Shown here: positions 1-13,459 of the stretch, piece after piece
Layout of the letters: every line of letters begins with the position of its first letter
Position numbering within the stretch: the first letter of the stretch is position 1
DNA from: Camelus ferus
Lineage: Eukaryota
Length of the DNA stretch: 64,000 bases
Direction: 5' to 3'
NCBI RefSeq assembly: GCF_009834535.1
Contig: NC_045697.1
Coordinates: 80,044,001 to 80,108,000, forward strand
Notes under the pieces: generated by a model
Database searches by the model: none
Seen by the model: only the letters and a program-made list of their open reading frames with translations
What the model was told of the DNA's origin: nothing
Position numbers and translations under genes: made by a program

Positions 1-597
1 TACTTTGTGCTACTTCCTTCAGTTATTTGCTAAAGATACAAAGGCTTGTTTTCATTTGAAATTCAATTTTTCTTTTCTCTGAATTATGCATATTGGCACC
101 TTAATTTTTCCAATTTGCTTTGCGTTCTAGTGAAATACTTAAATATCATTTTCCAGATCTATAATGACACCAAGACACATACAGTTAAATTTATCTACTT
201 GCAGCTCCAGTCTTTAAGTTCTTTTATTTTCCAATCTTCAATCTTTCTTCATATAATTTTCACTCCTTAGAAAGTTCTTTACTTCGGTATATTCAAGCTC
301 TTGTCTTTTGCATACTCCCATTTTCTACTCATCCTTTATCAAGGGAAGTAAATATACTGGGTTTCTCATTTTGGAGCAGGAAAATGCCTGTAGAGGAATA
401 GTTAATGTTGAGGATAGTCCTTCCCAACTATTTTGCTGTTTTATGAGCTGAAATATCTGAGTGTAGTAATTTGAATGAATTCTGACTGGATTGGTTGGAC
501 AGAGACCAAAGAATTAAATTACTTTCTATTTTCTCTTTCTTCTCTGCTAGACATAAATATAGACAGCTTCTCACAACTTACCTTTTTCACTCTTCCA

Positions 598-720
598 TCT
601 ATTCACTTATTCAATGATTATTTATCAACTACCTGCTGAGTGCTTCGTTCACATTGTGCTAGGCACTGTGGGGACACAGAAAGAAATATGGAGAACAAGA
701 TCACTGCCATTGTAGCACTA
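598..720 (-). mobile_element. L2 LINE 3' end fragment
   Basis: attcacttattcaa...tatttatcaactacct...gtgctaggcactg pattern; boundaries approximate. Confidence 0.55.
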
Positions 721-811
721 ATATGGCTCCTATATGAGGTGTAATTCATTTCTCATTGACCAGGAAAGTAAGTGATTGTGAGTAAGAGAAGCCAACATGT
801 GACATCTGGGG

Positions 812-935
812 CTTAGACTGTGAGCATCTTGGCAGCAGCGGCTCTGTTCTTACTTTCTGTATCCTCACTCAGTTCATAGCAGGGCACCTGGCACTTCATA
901 GGAGGGTAGCAAACATTGCATGGAACAAAGCATGG
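812..935 (+). mobile_element. L2 LINE 3' end fragment
   Basis: ttagactgtgagc...cctggcac..atagga pattern; boundaries approximate. Confidence 0.55.
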
Positions 936-1513
936 ACATTATGGAGTAAATAAGAACAAAAGAAGATTTTAAAAGGAACAGTCAGTGACACAAAACCAGA
1001 GAAAATAATCAAGCATGTAGTTACTTAAACATTGTTTCAGCCAGGAACATAGCTATTTCAATTCACTGTTGAGAGAACACACCACCAGAAGATATTCTAG
1101 ATAGGGACATTAATTAGGCCATAAGCCATCACTGGGATAATATAGTGGAAATATGATAGCATGTAACATGAATGTGGAGACTCCCTAAATGCCTTTAAAA
1201 AGTACAAATAGTATTGAAGATTGATATTAAGCAGGTGTATTATAAAAATCCCTTAGTAGTTTGAGTCCCTGTTCATCACCAATGGTGCTAGGAATCAAAA
1301 GATGAAAAAAAAATCATAAAATAGAGAAAGTTAGGAATACAGCCATAAGTTTGGGACAGCACTGGCTGAAGTTTAAGTCGCTTTTTCCCTAGTTTTTATA
1401 AAAATCAACATAAATATCATAGTAAAATAAAACTAATAAAATGGGAAAGAAACCTTCATATTCATCTGGAAGTGCTACCAGTTCTTTTACTCTTTTGAGT
1501 GACAGTGCATTTT

Positions 1514-1640
1514 TTTTTAGAGGGGGAGGTAATTAGGTTTATTCATTTGTTTATGTTAAGAGGAGGTAGTGGGGATTGAACTCAAAACCTCATGCATGCT
1601 AAGTATGTGCTCTACCACTTGAGCTATACCCTCCTCCGCC
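1514..1640 (-). mobile_element. tRNA-derived SINE, Vic-1-like (camelid)
   Basis: Reverse strand reads gagggtatagctcaagtggtagagc...gagttcaatcccc (A and B boxes) then an A-rich tail; TSD gagtgaYagtgcatttt at 1497-1513 and 1641-1657. Confidence 0.85.
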
Positions 1641-3479
1641 GAGTGATAGTGCATTTTAAAAAGCAAATAGAAACCAATTTTTTCGAAAATTCATACTTAA
1701 ACACTAGTAGTAAGAAAAGCAGTGGACATTTTCTCATTGTGTTTTGATAAAGACCAGAAACATCCACACTTTAGAACTGAACTGTTGATTATTCTCCCTA
1801 GTTTGTGCCCCATAATAAACACTTAGAGGACTGAGTACGAATTGATAGGTCTAAACTGGCTTCTGCATGTGGGAAGGAGTGTGATGCCTCTTCTTGTGGC
1901 CTCTTCCTGCATGACCTGCTGCAGACAGGCACTGTGGGCTCCTTCATAGCCATTTGTATTAACTAGCAACAGGGGTTCTGTTTAATAGCATGCTTGATGA
2001 GCTCTTTGTTCTGCTGTGAAGAGGATGCTAAGGTATTTTTCAAAAACTTCACTTATCTAAAAATAGCATAAATGTATTATTTCTATCCCATAACTTACTT
2101 TGATGAATATCTTTCAAATGTCTTAAATGTTGTCAAGGATGCAATATCTAGGTGTGATGAATCTGGTATAGTTCTGTGCTGGTTAAGGTATCAGTAGATT
2201 CTTGAGACACCTATGTGTTGCTCTTCTCTTTCTGTTTTGGTATAAAAATCTTGCAAATGCAGTGAAAATTGGTAAAGACAGTAATGTTATTTGTGTAAGG
2301 GTCTGCACACTGTTTGTTTGTGTCTTTGTGTATATGTGCACGACAGATTGCCTGGTTTAATTTTTGCTTTTTGATAAAGTGAGTGCTTCTAAGACTTTAA
2401 TAAGTACTAACAAAGTGACAAGAACTCAAACTAAGCTGCATCACCATCTGCTAAGACCATCTCAAAGGAAACAACTTCAAAATTAAAACAAACCCTTTCT
2501 CTTGGTACATTTACAATAAACAAATCAAGTCACTTTGAATTATTGTTCCCCATTCATGGGCAATTAGCTTAGCAGAAAAGGAGCAAAACTAATAGAGATG
2601 CCTTTACATTTCTAAATTATTAGCTATGATTTTCCATATTCAATTTATTATAATTTAGGGAAAGTCATGATGCAGAGCCCAGTGTTTCCCACTTCAAAAC
2701 ATAGAACAGAAGGGATTTATAATCTGTTACCTGTCTACCCCACCAATTACAATGGTACAGCTGAGAGATTCCTACTTAAGAAGTGAAAAAGTCCATTTTA
2801 ACCAGTAAATTGGTTCTATCCAAAACATTTGATTATTTTGCTTTTCCTCTTTTTTTAGAATGTAATCAGTTAAAAACCTGCCTCCTGGGTAAGTTGGCAT
2901 TGGAGCAGGATACATGTTCCAAGGTTTGATCTTGAGAGAAGGCCTGTGAATGTTTTTAAGTCACAAATGATATTAAAAGGATCTGGACAAGATGTAATTT
3001 TTTAAAAAGCTGAGTTAACTTAGAAAAACTACAGTTTGGTCTTCCCTCTCTGCTCTAGCCTTACATTATTTTCATGTGTAGATTTTTCAAGACACGTGTG
3101 GAAGGAGGCAGAAGTCTTTGCATTTATAACAAAAGGAGACTCATCAATGTTCTCTGTATAATTTCATTCCACTTTCAATTGGACATAATTTAAATTTATA
3201 GTTTATATTTAGCATCACCATGGTCCAAAATAATAAGCAGAGCTCTTCATTAGTTGCAGATCAAAATAATACAAAAATGGAAACAGCAACCAAACTGAAA
3301 TAAAGGCATTGGCATAAAGTAGAATAACTTTTAAGGACAAAATTTTGGCCACCACTCATATAAATGAAAAAGAGATGTCTTAAGAACAGAGCATTATGGA
3401 AAAAAACTAACTTGACAAAGCTTGTTGATCCACCTTCAAATATGCCAAGACACATTTCATCTTCTATTTTAATTTTTAG

Positions 3480-3704
3480 TTTCCTGGTTAGTTTTATGGT
3501 GGATGCCCGAGGCGGTGCTATGCGAGGATGCAGACACAATGGGCTCCGCATCATTATTCCACCTCGGAAATGTACTGCTCCAACACGAGTCACCTGCCGG
3601 CTGGTCAAACGCCATCGACTGGCGACAATGCCTCCAATGGTGGAAGGAGAAGGCCTGGCCAGTCGCCTGATTGAAGTCGGACCTTCCGGTGCTCAGTTCC
3701 TTGG
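3480..3704 (+). CDS. ANK2: ANK2 exon 27-equivalent (225 nt), start of ZU5[29 protein letters not shown]...GAQFLG
   Basis: tttttag acceptor, GG|gtaagg donor; spectrin-binding DAR motif at 3502-3510. Confidence 0.97.
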
Positions 3705-4047
3705 GTAAGGGTTTCTGATAAACCTCCCACTTAGTCACCGATGAGCTTGTGTCCTCTACATGAAATCACTAGGATGGAGTGGAAAAAGGTACGTCAAAAC
3801 GTTCTGAAAGACGATTGGCCCCTGTGACATTTTTTGCAAATTGGATTTCATGCCTCAATGCTTGACTCCACTTGCATGCCTCTGATTTTAAGGCATTAGT
3901 GGGGTAAACATTCAGCTTAACGATTACTCTTTCTCTTTGGGTATGATAATAGCTGCTAGACTCCTAGTATGAATAATCCTGTTTTAGTCAATGGTAGGTA
4001 TTTTTTTAAATCTTAGATTTAAGTGATAAAGTCATAGAGAAAAAATA

Positions 4048-4272
4048 CAGTTGGCCCTTGAACAACACAGGGGTTTGAGATGCTGACCCTCCACACAGTT
4101 GAAAATTTGCGTCCAGCTTAGAGTCGGTCTCTCCTATAAGAGGTTCCTGCACACTCCAGGTTCTGCATCTGTGGGTTCAACAACCACTGATGGACCATGT
4201 GGTTCTGTAATATTTACTGTTGAAAAAAGTCAGGGTGAAAGTGGACCTGCGTGGTTGTTCAAGGGTCATCAG
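4048..4272. mobile_element. Tigger2-family MITE (MER8-like)
   Basis: TIRs cagttggcccttgaacaac / gttgttcaagggtcatcag with TA flanks. Confidence 0.8.
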
Positions 4273-5448
4273 TACTACTCTTATTCCAAACATAAATTTA
4301 AATCGTTGTATGGTGATGGAACAGAATCATTACCTTCACTTTGGAAAGCAGTGTTCTTTACAGAACATCAAAAAACTTAGTCTATGTGATTTGTCTTTTC
4401 TGTTATCAAAATTGCTACCTTTGAGTCTTAAAACTGCACCAACAGTTTATTTAGGCATAGTTTTTGTTAAGAGGACACGATCAAGAATAACTTCCACCAC
4501 GCTCATTTTAGCAATTTTGAGCAGAAATAAGCATTTCTTCTATCTTCTGTTTGTTTGTACGGCTGCTATGATATTAAGTGGTATCTCAGTATGCCAAGAA
4601 ATGAATAGCTAACACTGAAAAGTAACAAAATGATGAGGTTTTGGAGGGGGACAAGTTTCAAAATCTTTTGAAACCAATCAATTGTATTTAAGCCTTGTCA
4701 TATCAAGTCTTTGTGCTCGAAAACTGGGAGAAAATCCTATTAATCATGAACTCTTGCTTTTCCAGTGTCTTATTGGGGAGAGGATTTCTTGCTTTAGAAC
4801 TCAGGAGATGTTCTAAAGCCTTGTAATTTGGAGCAGACTGTTAACAGGTTGCTCCAAATTATGTTCACACCTGAAAAGGGGTGTGTCTGGATTGTCCTGA
4901 TTATAGAAACCACCTCCCAGGTCCTCCTGTCAGACAGACCAGATTTAGAAGGAGCCTGTGAAGTTCTGGGTTGCATCAGAAAATACTATGAGGGTTGGAA
5001 TAAATTCCCCAATGATTCCCTTCATATTTACCAGGCCCTTTCCCTCCCTCACATGCAGGTCGTTGTAGGCTTTTTAATAATTGTCAAATCTGTTGGGGGA
5101 TATCTATGAAAACATCTGGCCTCGCTACAGAGTCAGAGTTTTTATTATATTCCCAACAGCTTTGTCTTTCCCGTGGAGCATTTTTTTTTCCTTTTTTGGC
5201 TCATGCCCTGGCAGTGAACCTAAGTAGGGACAGAGTCCACCCCCAAGTGCCCTCCTTCCACGTGCCTCCATTGTACACTCTGGGTCTCTGTTCCTCGCTC
5301 TTTGTGACCAATGGAGGGGGCAGAACCGAATGCAGTGTGAAACCAAACTTCACTCTGTTCATCAGCTGGTGATGCTGGGGTTCTGTGGAAAACGATACCT
5401 GAAGCTTACTTATGTTCTTTCTTTCACTGCTGCTTTGGATGTACTCAG

Positions 5449-5547
5449 TAAACTTCACCTGCCAACGGCTCCTCCCCCACTTAATGAGGGAGAAAGTTTG
5501 GTCAGCCGCATCCTTCAGCTGGGGCCTCCTGGAACCAAATTCCTTGG
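5449..5547 (+). CDS. ANK2: ANK2 alternative exon 28-equivalent (99 nt): KLHLPTAPPPLNEGESLVSRILQLGPPGTKFLG
   Basis: ctcag acceptor, GG|gtagga donor, symmetric phase 2-2; recognised ZU5 insert. Confidence 0.93.
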
Positions 5548-6536
5548 GTAGGAGTGACTTAAAACAAATTGATGGCTGCTGGCCCCCATTCTTCTCCTTC
5601 TTCTGCAATATGATTTCTCTTTTTGTCATTGTGCCCATGACATGTCCCTCTCTATGATTTAAATTCTGTATAACCTATCTTTAGTGGACCATTTCTGACC
5701 CTTGTGGTATGTGACTTTTATTTTTGAGTGATGTTTTTGTATCTTTTCCCTTCAAGTGCTGTGACCTTCATTTTTGTTTCAAGCATGAGATCTGCCTAGT
5801 TGTCCTATGTGCTAGTTATGATGTTGTTATGATAAATTTGGAGTCTGTATCAAAGCAACCTGGACTGAAAAATCAAAAGCCTCTCTAAATTTGGAGAGGG
5901 AATGCAACCTGAAAATAGTAGGGCCATGCATGTTGTGGGTCCTGAATATAATAATAGGCATTGGACACACTGGGCTGACTGCTGAGGAGCTCAGTTATGG
6001 CCACCACTGTGTACACATGCCTATTGTTTCCTCGAATGAGGAAAATATAAGGAAAAAAATCCACGAGTGCATGTTTCTTTAGTTCCCGAATAGTCAACTT
6101 TTTGACATCTCATCTACCACACATCCAATTACGCAGCATATGAGCCATTTTCCCTCCCAAATCATTTTGTCATTTTGCACCTTGTAGAAAATGTTTTAGG
6201 AGATTGGCACACATCATAGATATGCATGGACATTTCTTTTGGTTAAATGTGTTACACTTACATTTATCAAAGGAGAAGTTCCAGAATGCCACATGCACTC
6301 ACAGGGAAACATCCTTGGCTTAAGGTAGCAGCATGGCCCTGAGGATGGGTGCCCCTGAGGTGGAGTGCTAGTACTGTGGGACCATCTGCTAGCCGAAGGG
6401 CTCCGGAGGATGGCCCGCCAGGTCCCTGTCCCCAGAAAGAGAATTCCAGGTCACTTTGCAACAGACCAAGTCCAGGTGCTTGTCTTGCTGTTGGTTAGCT
6501 CCTGTCCACACTGAATGTTCTGCCTTACTGTGTCAG

Positions 6537-6691
6537 GCCTGTGATCGTGGAGATCCCTCATTTTGCTGCCCTTCGAGGAAAGGAGAGGGAACTGGTGGTC
6601 CTGCGCAGTGAGAATGGGGACAGCTGGAAAGAGCATTACTGTGAATACACTGAGGACGAACTGAATGAAATCCTTAATGGCATGGATGAAG
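6537..6691 (+). CDS. ANK2: ANK2 exon 29-equivalent (155 nt): [51 protein letters not shown]
   Basis: tgtcag acceptor, G|gtactt donor; translated by hand, absent from ORF track. Confidence 0.96.
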
Positions 6692-6768
6692 GTACTTCGT
6701 ATGAAAAGTTTTAAGAGAAATCAAAAGTGGAAGCATGGCAATGATACATTCTTCTATGACCTAGGAGA

Positions 6769-6812
6769 GAGTGTGTGTATGTGCATGTGTTTGTGTGTGT
6801 GTGTGTGTGTGT
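6769..6812. repeat. Imperfect (GT)n microsatellite
   Basis: Seen directly. Confidence 0.9.
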
Positions 6813-9247
6813 TACCAATCCAATTTGGGTCTGTTCTCCTGAGCGCAGTAAATCCAATCTACCAACGCCGGCTTGTAGTGAAGGAAAGTCCAGCATTTAT
6901 TACAGGCACCAAACAAGGAGTCTGGATCTTTTGAGCACTAGCTGCTTGGACTCCTTGCTTGGTGTCTACAGTAAAGGCTGCACTTTCCTTCACCACCACA
7001 GCCCAGGGTCAGTGGATTGGCTCTACTGAACAAGGGTGAGCGGACCCAAGTTTTGGTTGGGCAACAAATGTGTCCCTTTGTTGTTTTACCTCAGCAAGTA
7101 TTCTGGTATGTTCCAGTGGTGATCCATTGGGGTGCATGATATATTTGCCTAGTCTTACTTCTGTTACATTCAGGAAAATGAGAATCTTTGAATAGTAAAT
7201 ACCTCATTTTAATAAGGAGATACAGCCTATCTCTATCTGTAGTACAGACTTTTTCAAACCCAAAACATGAGATAGAATAGATATTATTGTTTCATAATAA
7301 AATAAACTGATACTAGATATTAAATGTATGTTTTGAAAAATGCCTATCCTGAACATTTAGATATTCAAGACACTGATAAAAAGTGCTAAGCTTTCTATAG
7401 GAAACCACACACATAACCATAACAAGCACATCATAGGATAATATAATTTTTAACTTTCTGTTAAGGAGATAGGAAAGTTAAGTTCACTTAGACTTCTACA
7501 CATTGTTCACACAGGGAGATAGCTGGGGTGGAATTTCACATATACACCTACACATTTCATTAAGGAGCTTATTTTTCATTATGGCTTTAATCTCTGTAAA
7601 TCCCAAGTCCAGCATGGGCCGCTTAGCCTCAGGTTGAAATATCTTAGTTTGGCTAGAAGGAGGTCACTCCTTCTTGGGCTTCTTTGGGTTGCACAGAGAG
7701 GAGGTCTCAGTCCTGATACCCGGGGATATATTCGAATGTATGTAAGTACACAGACAGGGCAAGTTCTTTGCCTTAGTGCTGGGAGTGTATCAGCATTTGC
7801 ACAGAGCTGGACACACAGCTGTACAGCTGTTTGTTCTGTTTCTCAGTCTCCCAGGGCTACTGGCTGTAGCTTCAGGTGGGGCTCATGGATAGTAAAGTGT
7901 GGCCCAACAGCAGCTGCTTTAATATTTCTTTCTGCACCCTGCTGAGGTTGAATAAGAAGAAGGGCCAGGCTTACCCTATCCAAGGGATGGATGGAGGAAG
8001 AAATTATGCCCTCTAGATGTATATAGGTCAGTATCTTCCAAGAAGATGAAAAGATCAAGATTCTTACTGATAAAGCTTTTTCCATGCAGTATTTAGCTGT
8101 TCCTTGGAACCATTTCTTTTGCAAGCATTTAGTTTAGTAGGATATTTCCCTCTGAGATATTCACTTGTCATTAATGCTGCCGTGAGCACTAGTATCTTGT
8201 CCTTGGATGGGGACCCACTCTTAGAACTTTTTACACGAGTAAAAAGCTTGTTTTAAAACGGAGTATCAGATTTATGTATTTTTATGTTCGTTATGTGTGG
8301 AAATGCATTCTTTTAAAAGTTTATGCTAGTATTTGCCAGTGTATCAATCTTCAATTATGTATGATCAGATCCTGGGACTTTTGGCTTTTGTTGTCTAGTT
8401 ATACTCAGTATTTAAGAGAAACATAGTTGCTGTTCATGCCTTTATAAGAATTGTAAATACTTTCTAAAAATTAGCAACTTTGCATAATTCCTTAAAATTC
8501 AGTGATCCTCTTAGTTCACATTTTCTACATTTTAAACCAGTCTGTTTGCATCACCCTACATATCCACACTAATGCAATTTATAAGGAGCCCGTTATCCCG
8601 TTCTCCTGATGCTAGATGATCTGTTTGGTAAGTTAATGGTTTTAGGGGAATATTGAAACCCTGAACTTATAATCACTGATATTTTTATATTCACAGTGAC
8701 TATCTCAGAGAAAACCATGCCACTAGAATGAACACACAAACCTTACCCTTCCAAGACAGATTTTATTCTCGTACTACTCCTCTGAGAACTGAAAGGGCCA
8801 TATTACTTCTTTAAACCACAATAACTGGGTTTTGAGCTCACTTTGAAATCTGCAAAGAAAAGGAGTCCGTAAACAATTTCCTCTCCATCACATTGAACCA
8901 AGAATAGAAGAGTTTTAGTTTTCATTCCAGGTTTGCCCTGAAATCCCCTCATTGACAAAGGCAGTCCTGCAATACTGCATCTGGAACTAGGTGCTTTTCT
9001 TTCACAGTGCCCTGGGAAGACCTAGTCTCCACAAAGAGAGAAGACGTGCTGACTAAATGCGGACAGGTCTTGAAAGATGGCAGTCTTTTTTGGTGGTATT
9101 AGGATAGCCTTGCTTTTGAAATGTTCCTGTTACTTAAAAAAGGTGTTTTGCTTTCACATCTGTTCACTCTTAACTATGCCAGTGAGTTTGCTAGAATGCT
9201 TTCAGAAGGACACCCTCGATATGAAGATGCATCATTTCTTGTCTCAG

Positions 9248-9459
9248 TGCTGGATAGCCCGGAAGACCTAGAAAAGAAACGGATCTGCCGCATCATTACC
9301 CGTGACTTCCCACAGTACTTTGCGGTGGTGTCCCGCATCAAACAGGACAGCAACCTGATTGGCCCAGAGGGAGGCGTGCTGAGCAGCACGGTGGTGCCCC
9401 AGGTGCAAGCCGTCTTCCCGGAGGGGGCGCTAACCAAGCGGATCCGCGTAGGCCTACAG
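9248..9459 (+). CDS. ANK2: ANK2 exon 30-equivalent (212 nt): [30 protein letters not shown]...KRIRVGLQ
   Basis: tttcttgtctcag acceptor, CAG|gtaggc donor; within ORF 9121..9519. Confidence 0.96.
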
Positions 9460-9772
9460 GTAGGCCCACATCCTATTCAGGTTAACCTAAGCTCACGTGG
9501 ATTTTATTCCAGTGATTAAAAAATCAGCTTTTCAAAAAGGGAATTAAATGGTTAAAGAATCAAATTATTCCTAGGTGAGCAAAAGCTGCCCTTAGAGATC
9601 TTAGGTCTCAGAAAGTTTTGTAAGGGTGCTTGGTAACAGTACTAAACTTAGAGTTCCTGTATTTGAAGCAACCAAACTGATTTATGAGATAAAAAGCAAT
9701 GTTTTAATAAGTTTGACATGGAATATTAAGATTTATGGTTGATTTTATTATTTTTTTCTTTTCTTTTAAAAG

Positions 9773-9977
9773 GCTCAACCTATGCACAGCGAGTTGGTTA
9801 AGAAGATCCTAGGCAACAAAGCTACCTTCAGCCCTATAGTCACTTTGGAACCTAGAAGAAGAAAATTTCACAAGCCAATTACCATGACCATTCCTGTCCC
9901 CAAAGCTTCAAGTGATGTCATGTTGAATGGTTTTGGGGGAGATGCACCAACTTTAAGATTACTATGCAGCATAACAG
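9773..9977 (+). CDS. ANK2: ANK2 exon 31-equivalent (205 nt), ZU5[39 protein letters not shown]...LLCSIT
   Basis: Long poly-Y tract plus aag acceptor, G|gtgagg donor. Confidence 0.96.
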
Positions 9978-10134
9978 GTGAGGGACATATGACTTTTGTG
10001 ATAGAAAGTTCTGAAAGAAGGAACTTAGATTGTTGTAAATGTTGAATTACCTTTGTCATTAGATACCTGCAGAGTTATGTGCATTAATTCAGGAAAAGCA
10101 TTTTAACTAGGGAAGTAAAAGGTAAAAGGAAATT

Positions 10135-10370
10135 AGCTAATATTTACTAAATGAAGCCTGTGTGCCAAACTTGTAGACATTTCATATGCACTAGAATTTT
10201 AATTTCCCCAGTAGCTCTGTGAGGAGACTTTAGCCCCATTTTACTGAAAAGGAAACCAAGGTTGAGATAGGTTCTATAACTTACCTGTGATTATTCTGTA
10301 AATATCTGGCAGAGTTGGGATTTGAACCTAAGCCCATAAACCTCAAAACCCAAGCTTTTCTTCATTGAAG
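10135..10370 (-). mobile_element. MIR SINE
   Basis: ccccattttactgaaaaggaaaccaagg...ggcagagttgggatttgaacc core. Confidence 0.7.
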
Positions 10371-12123
10371 ACAGTATCTTACATCTGTTGAAAAATAAGT
10401 AACATCTTGACTAAGTACACCCAATAGTTCAAACCAAACTTTTCCGTCTAGGAATTGGTTATGCCTTTTGTCATTGATCTGTTGAACTAACTTTGGAAAA
10501 ACAAAGTGAAGGTTTTTAATGATAACTGAATTTTCATCTTTTCAGTTGGAATTTGTAATAGCTTTCAGTCAACGACCAAACTCCAGAAGGACATTCCCAG
10601 AACATGGGTTATCTCTGCCCAGTAATACCACCACAAGTGGTGAGAGCTAAAAAATCCACACAAGTCACTGTGTTAGGAACTACATAATTTGATAATTTCC
10701 CTGTTTAACAATAGCCACATGGTAATGACATTCAGTAAATACTGATAGTGTTGTCAGGAGGAATGATAACTATCTCTGCTTGCTTAGGTGTTGTTAGAAT
10801 TTTTTTTTCTTTCTCCTTCATATTAGCAAGAATGTTCACCTTTATTTTATCCTTTCTCTAATTCTCCCTTTTTTTTTTTTCTGTACTCATGATGGCAAAC
10901 CATTGAAACTTTACCCTATATGTTTAATAATATGACATGATTTTAAAATTCATGAACTAAAATGAAAATGGTGGGAAATCATATGCTTCACTTACAGTCT
11001 CTTTCCCAATTACTCATTTCTGGTTGTGACCCAGCATTCCTGGGTACCTTTCCCATACTTTTCGGTCCCTGTGTATATGATTGACCTTTCTGTAACGTGC
11101 AACATAGTGACCTGGATGCAAAACAGGTAAGGTTGAAAAATGTCTAGGTCAAGCCCTGCCCTTGCAGATGATCAAATGAAGATACCAGGGGTCTAGACAT
11201 CATCTAATCTAGTTATTCTAGCCCTCTGTCTTTGGGTGGATTCATACTATAGAATTTCTTAAGTTTATTAATTTTTACAAATATGTTAACATAGGTGTTT
11301 GGATTTTTCTGGTTTCCTCTGTCATGTTGTATAGTTCTGCTTAGAATTTATATTTTAGTGGCCTCCTAGAATAAGTTTCTATGACCTTTGTTTGATAACT
11401 CATTCCCTTCTTTAAGAAATGTTAGAGTCAAAATTTGTTTTCATCTCAAACATGTAGTTTTCTGCAGTGCTTGAAGACAGTTGTATCCTAATCTATGCCA
11501 ACTTAATTTCTCAGCAAATGAAAGTCAGTGTCATCCTCCATAGTGAGTTTTCTGTGTAAGAAGCCATCTCTTGGCATTCAATCATTTGTTCATTCATTTT
11601 GCAGTATTTATTAAACTCCTAATATTTTCCAAGCATTTTTTTTTTTGCCAAACTTCAGTTGCAAATTGAGAGGAAATTTTATTTCTTGAAAATAATTAGA
11701 TAAAATATGAAGCTCAGAAACAAAAGAATATTTGGATTTTTATTTTAACAAAGCATTCAGCTCCTTGGTTGGTCAAAGGATTTTTTTAAATTGTCAACTG
11801 TTCACAATTCAAAATTATCTTCAGAGCCTAGCAGTTACAATAAAAGCTTTAGAATGTTAGGCAGAGAATAGAGAACCTAGTAATTTAAAGCAGTTATTCA
11901 AATCACCTCCCTTAAATTTAGTTCCTTGAAATGTTATGTCTGCTATTTGTTTTCAGTGTGTCATTTTTTAGCATGTAGTTTTTAGTCATTTTATTTCCAG
12001 TGTGTCATCTTGAGGGGTGGGTAGGTTTATGTTGGTGAACACAGCCAGAACCACAAAGACTTTATTTTACAATCCAGAGTCTGGAGTTTTGCCTAATTTT
12101 TTTCAACAATCATATTATTTCAG

Positions 12124-12220
12124 GTGGAACCACCCCTGCTCAGTGGGAGGATATTACAGGAACTACGCCATTAACATTTGTCAATGAATGTGTTTCCTTT
12201 ACAACCAATGTGTCTGCCAG
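12124..12220 (+). CDS. ANK2: ANK2 exon 32-equivalent (97 nt): [33 protein letters not shown]
   Basis: tttcag acceptor, AG|gtatgg donor; hand translation. Confidence 0.96.
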
Positions 12221-12829
12221 GTATGGTTATACAGCACAGAAAACCCCACTGTGATACTGTGTGCCCCTCAACGTCTTTTGTTTTGTTTTGTTTCATACGT
12301 TCTTTAAAAGTGACTTTTTTTTTGGTTTGGTTTTAAATATGGTCTGCCAGTAAATGTAATAGTGATAATACATATTTTAAACTAGACCTGCCAGTAAATA
12401 TAATAGTGATAACACAATGACAAAGTACAGCCAGTCAGATTAAAATCTAAAGAAAATAAGTGATTGTTGGCTACTACGGTATGACCCAGACTCTGGTTTT
12501 AGTAGCCATTGCTGATTTTTCCATTCCCAAAAGTCTTAGGAATAATAGATTTCCTGATGTCAACAAAACAGCCTGACCTACTTTTTCCAACAGAATGGTA
12601 ATAAAAACACAAAGCATACCATGGTTTGCTTAAACAGTTTAGAGGTTGCAGTGACATGCATCATAGCACATTTACACATCACCCATTTGTGTATCACACA
12701 TCTTTAAAAAGCTGAAGCTACCTAGTTGTATTGCATATGCATACACTAACTCAACTGATTAATAATTGTTCTCATTTGCCTAATCTTTAATGGATTGTTA
12801 AACATTTTCCTATTTCTTTAGTTTGATTA

Positions 12830-13040
12830 CTGCAACAACTTTGTGACTTAAGTAGGGCAAGAGACATTATGTCCATTTTACAGATGAGAAAACTGCCGCT
12901 GAGAGTGATTAAAGATTAAATTCTTATTCAGGGGGAAGAAAGATAGATGCATGACTCACAACAGTGAACACATTAGTTCCAGTCACTCAGGGGACTCAAC
13001 TATTGAGTCTCCAGTTCTGTGCGTCAATGCGCCCTGCCAC
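12830..13040 (-). mobile_element. MIR SINE
   Basis: ccattttacagatgagaaaactg core. Confidence 0.65.
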
Positions 13041-13459
13041 TCATGCATCTACACTCCCGTGCCAGAAAAGGACAGGTTCTGAATGGAAAGGTCCACAGGA
13101 GGTACTAAAAGAATTCAAAAGAGGGTGTTTGCATCAGGGGAGTCAGAGAGGATGTCTGAGAAAAGGTGCCTCATGAGATGGGTAGGAACCTAACAGGTGG
13201 ATATAAGTGGAAAAGAGATGCCAAGATGCAGCAGGGTATTGGGAGATGGTGACAATGGAGTCTGTAATTCAGAAACAATGCTGAAATGTTCCTTAACTTT
13301 ATTTACAGAAGGTCTTGTAGGGTAGACCAACAAGTCAGGAGTTATAAACTTATTGAATTGATAATTTAATTCCCTGACAATTGAAGAAGAAGTGAATAAA
13401 GTATAATTGAATCAGTATAAAGAGGAAGGTAATATTAACTGCTTGCCAAGGACCAGGAA

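Noticed and set aside
1560..1640. tRNA-like sequence with A and B boxes
   Set aside because: It has a SINE tail and TSDs; it is a retroposon, not a tRNA gene
5285..5448. SLFVTNGGGRTEC upstream of exon 28 as a relic of the 5' half of a duplicated ZU5 exon ([14 protein letters not shown])
   Set aside because: Too few identities, different frame and contains stops; indistinguishable from chance by eye
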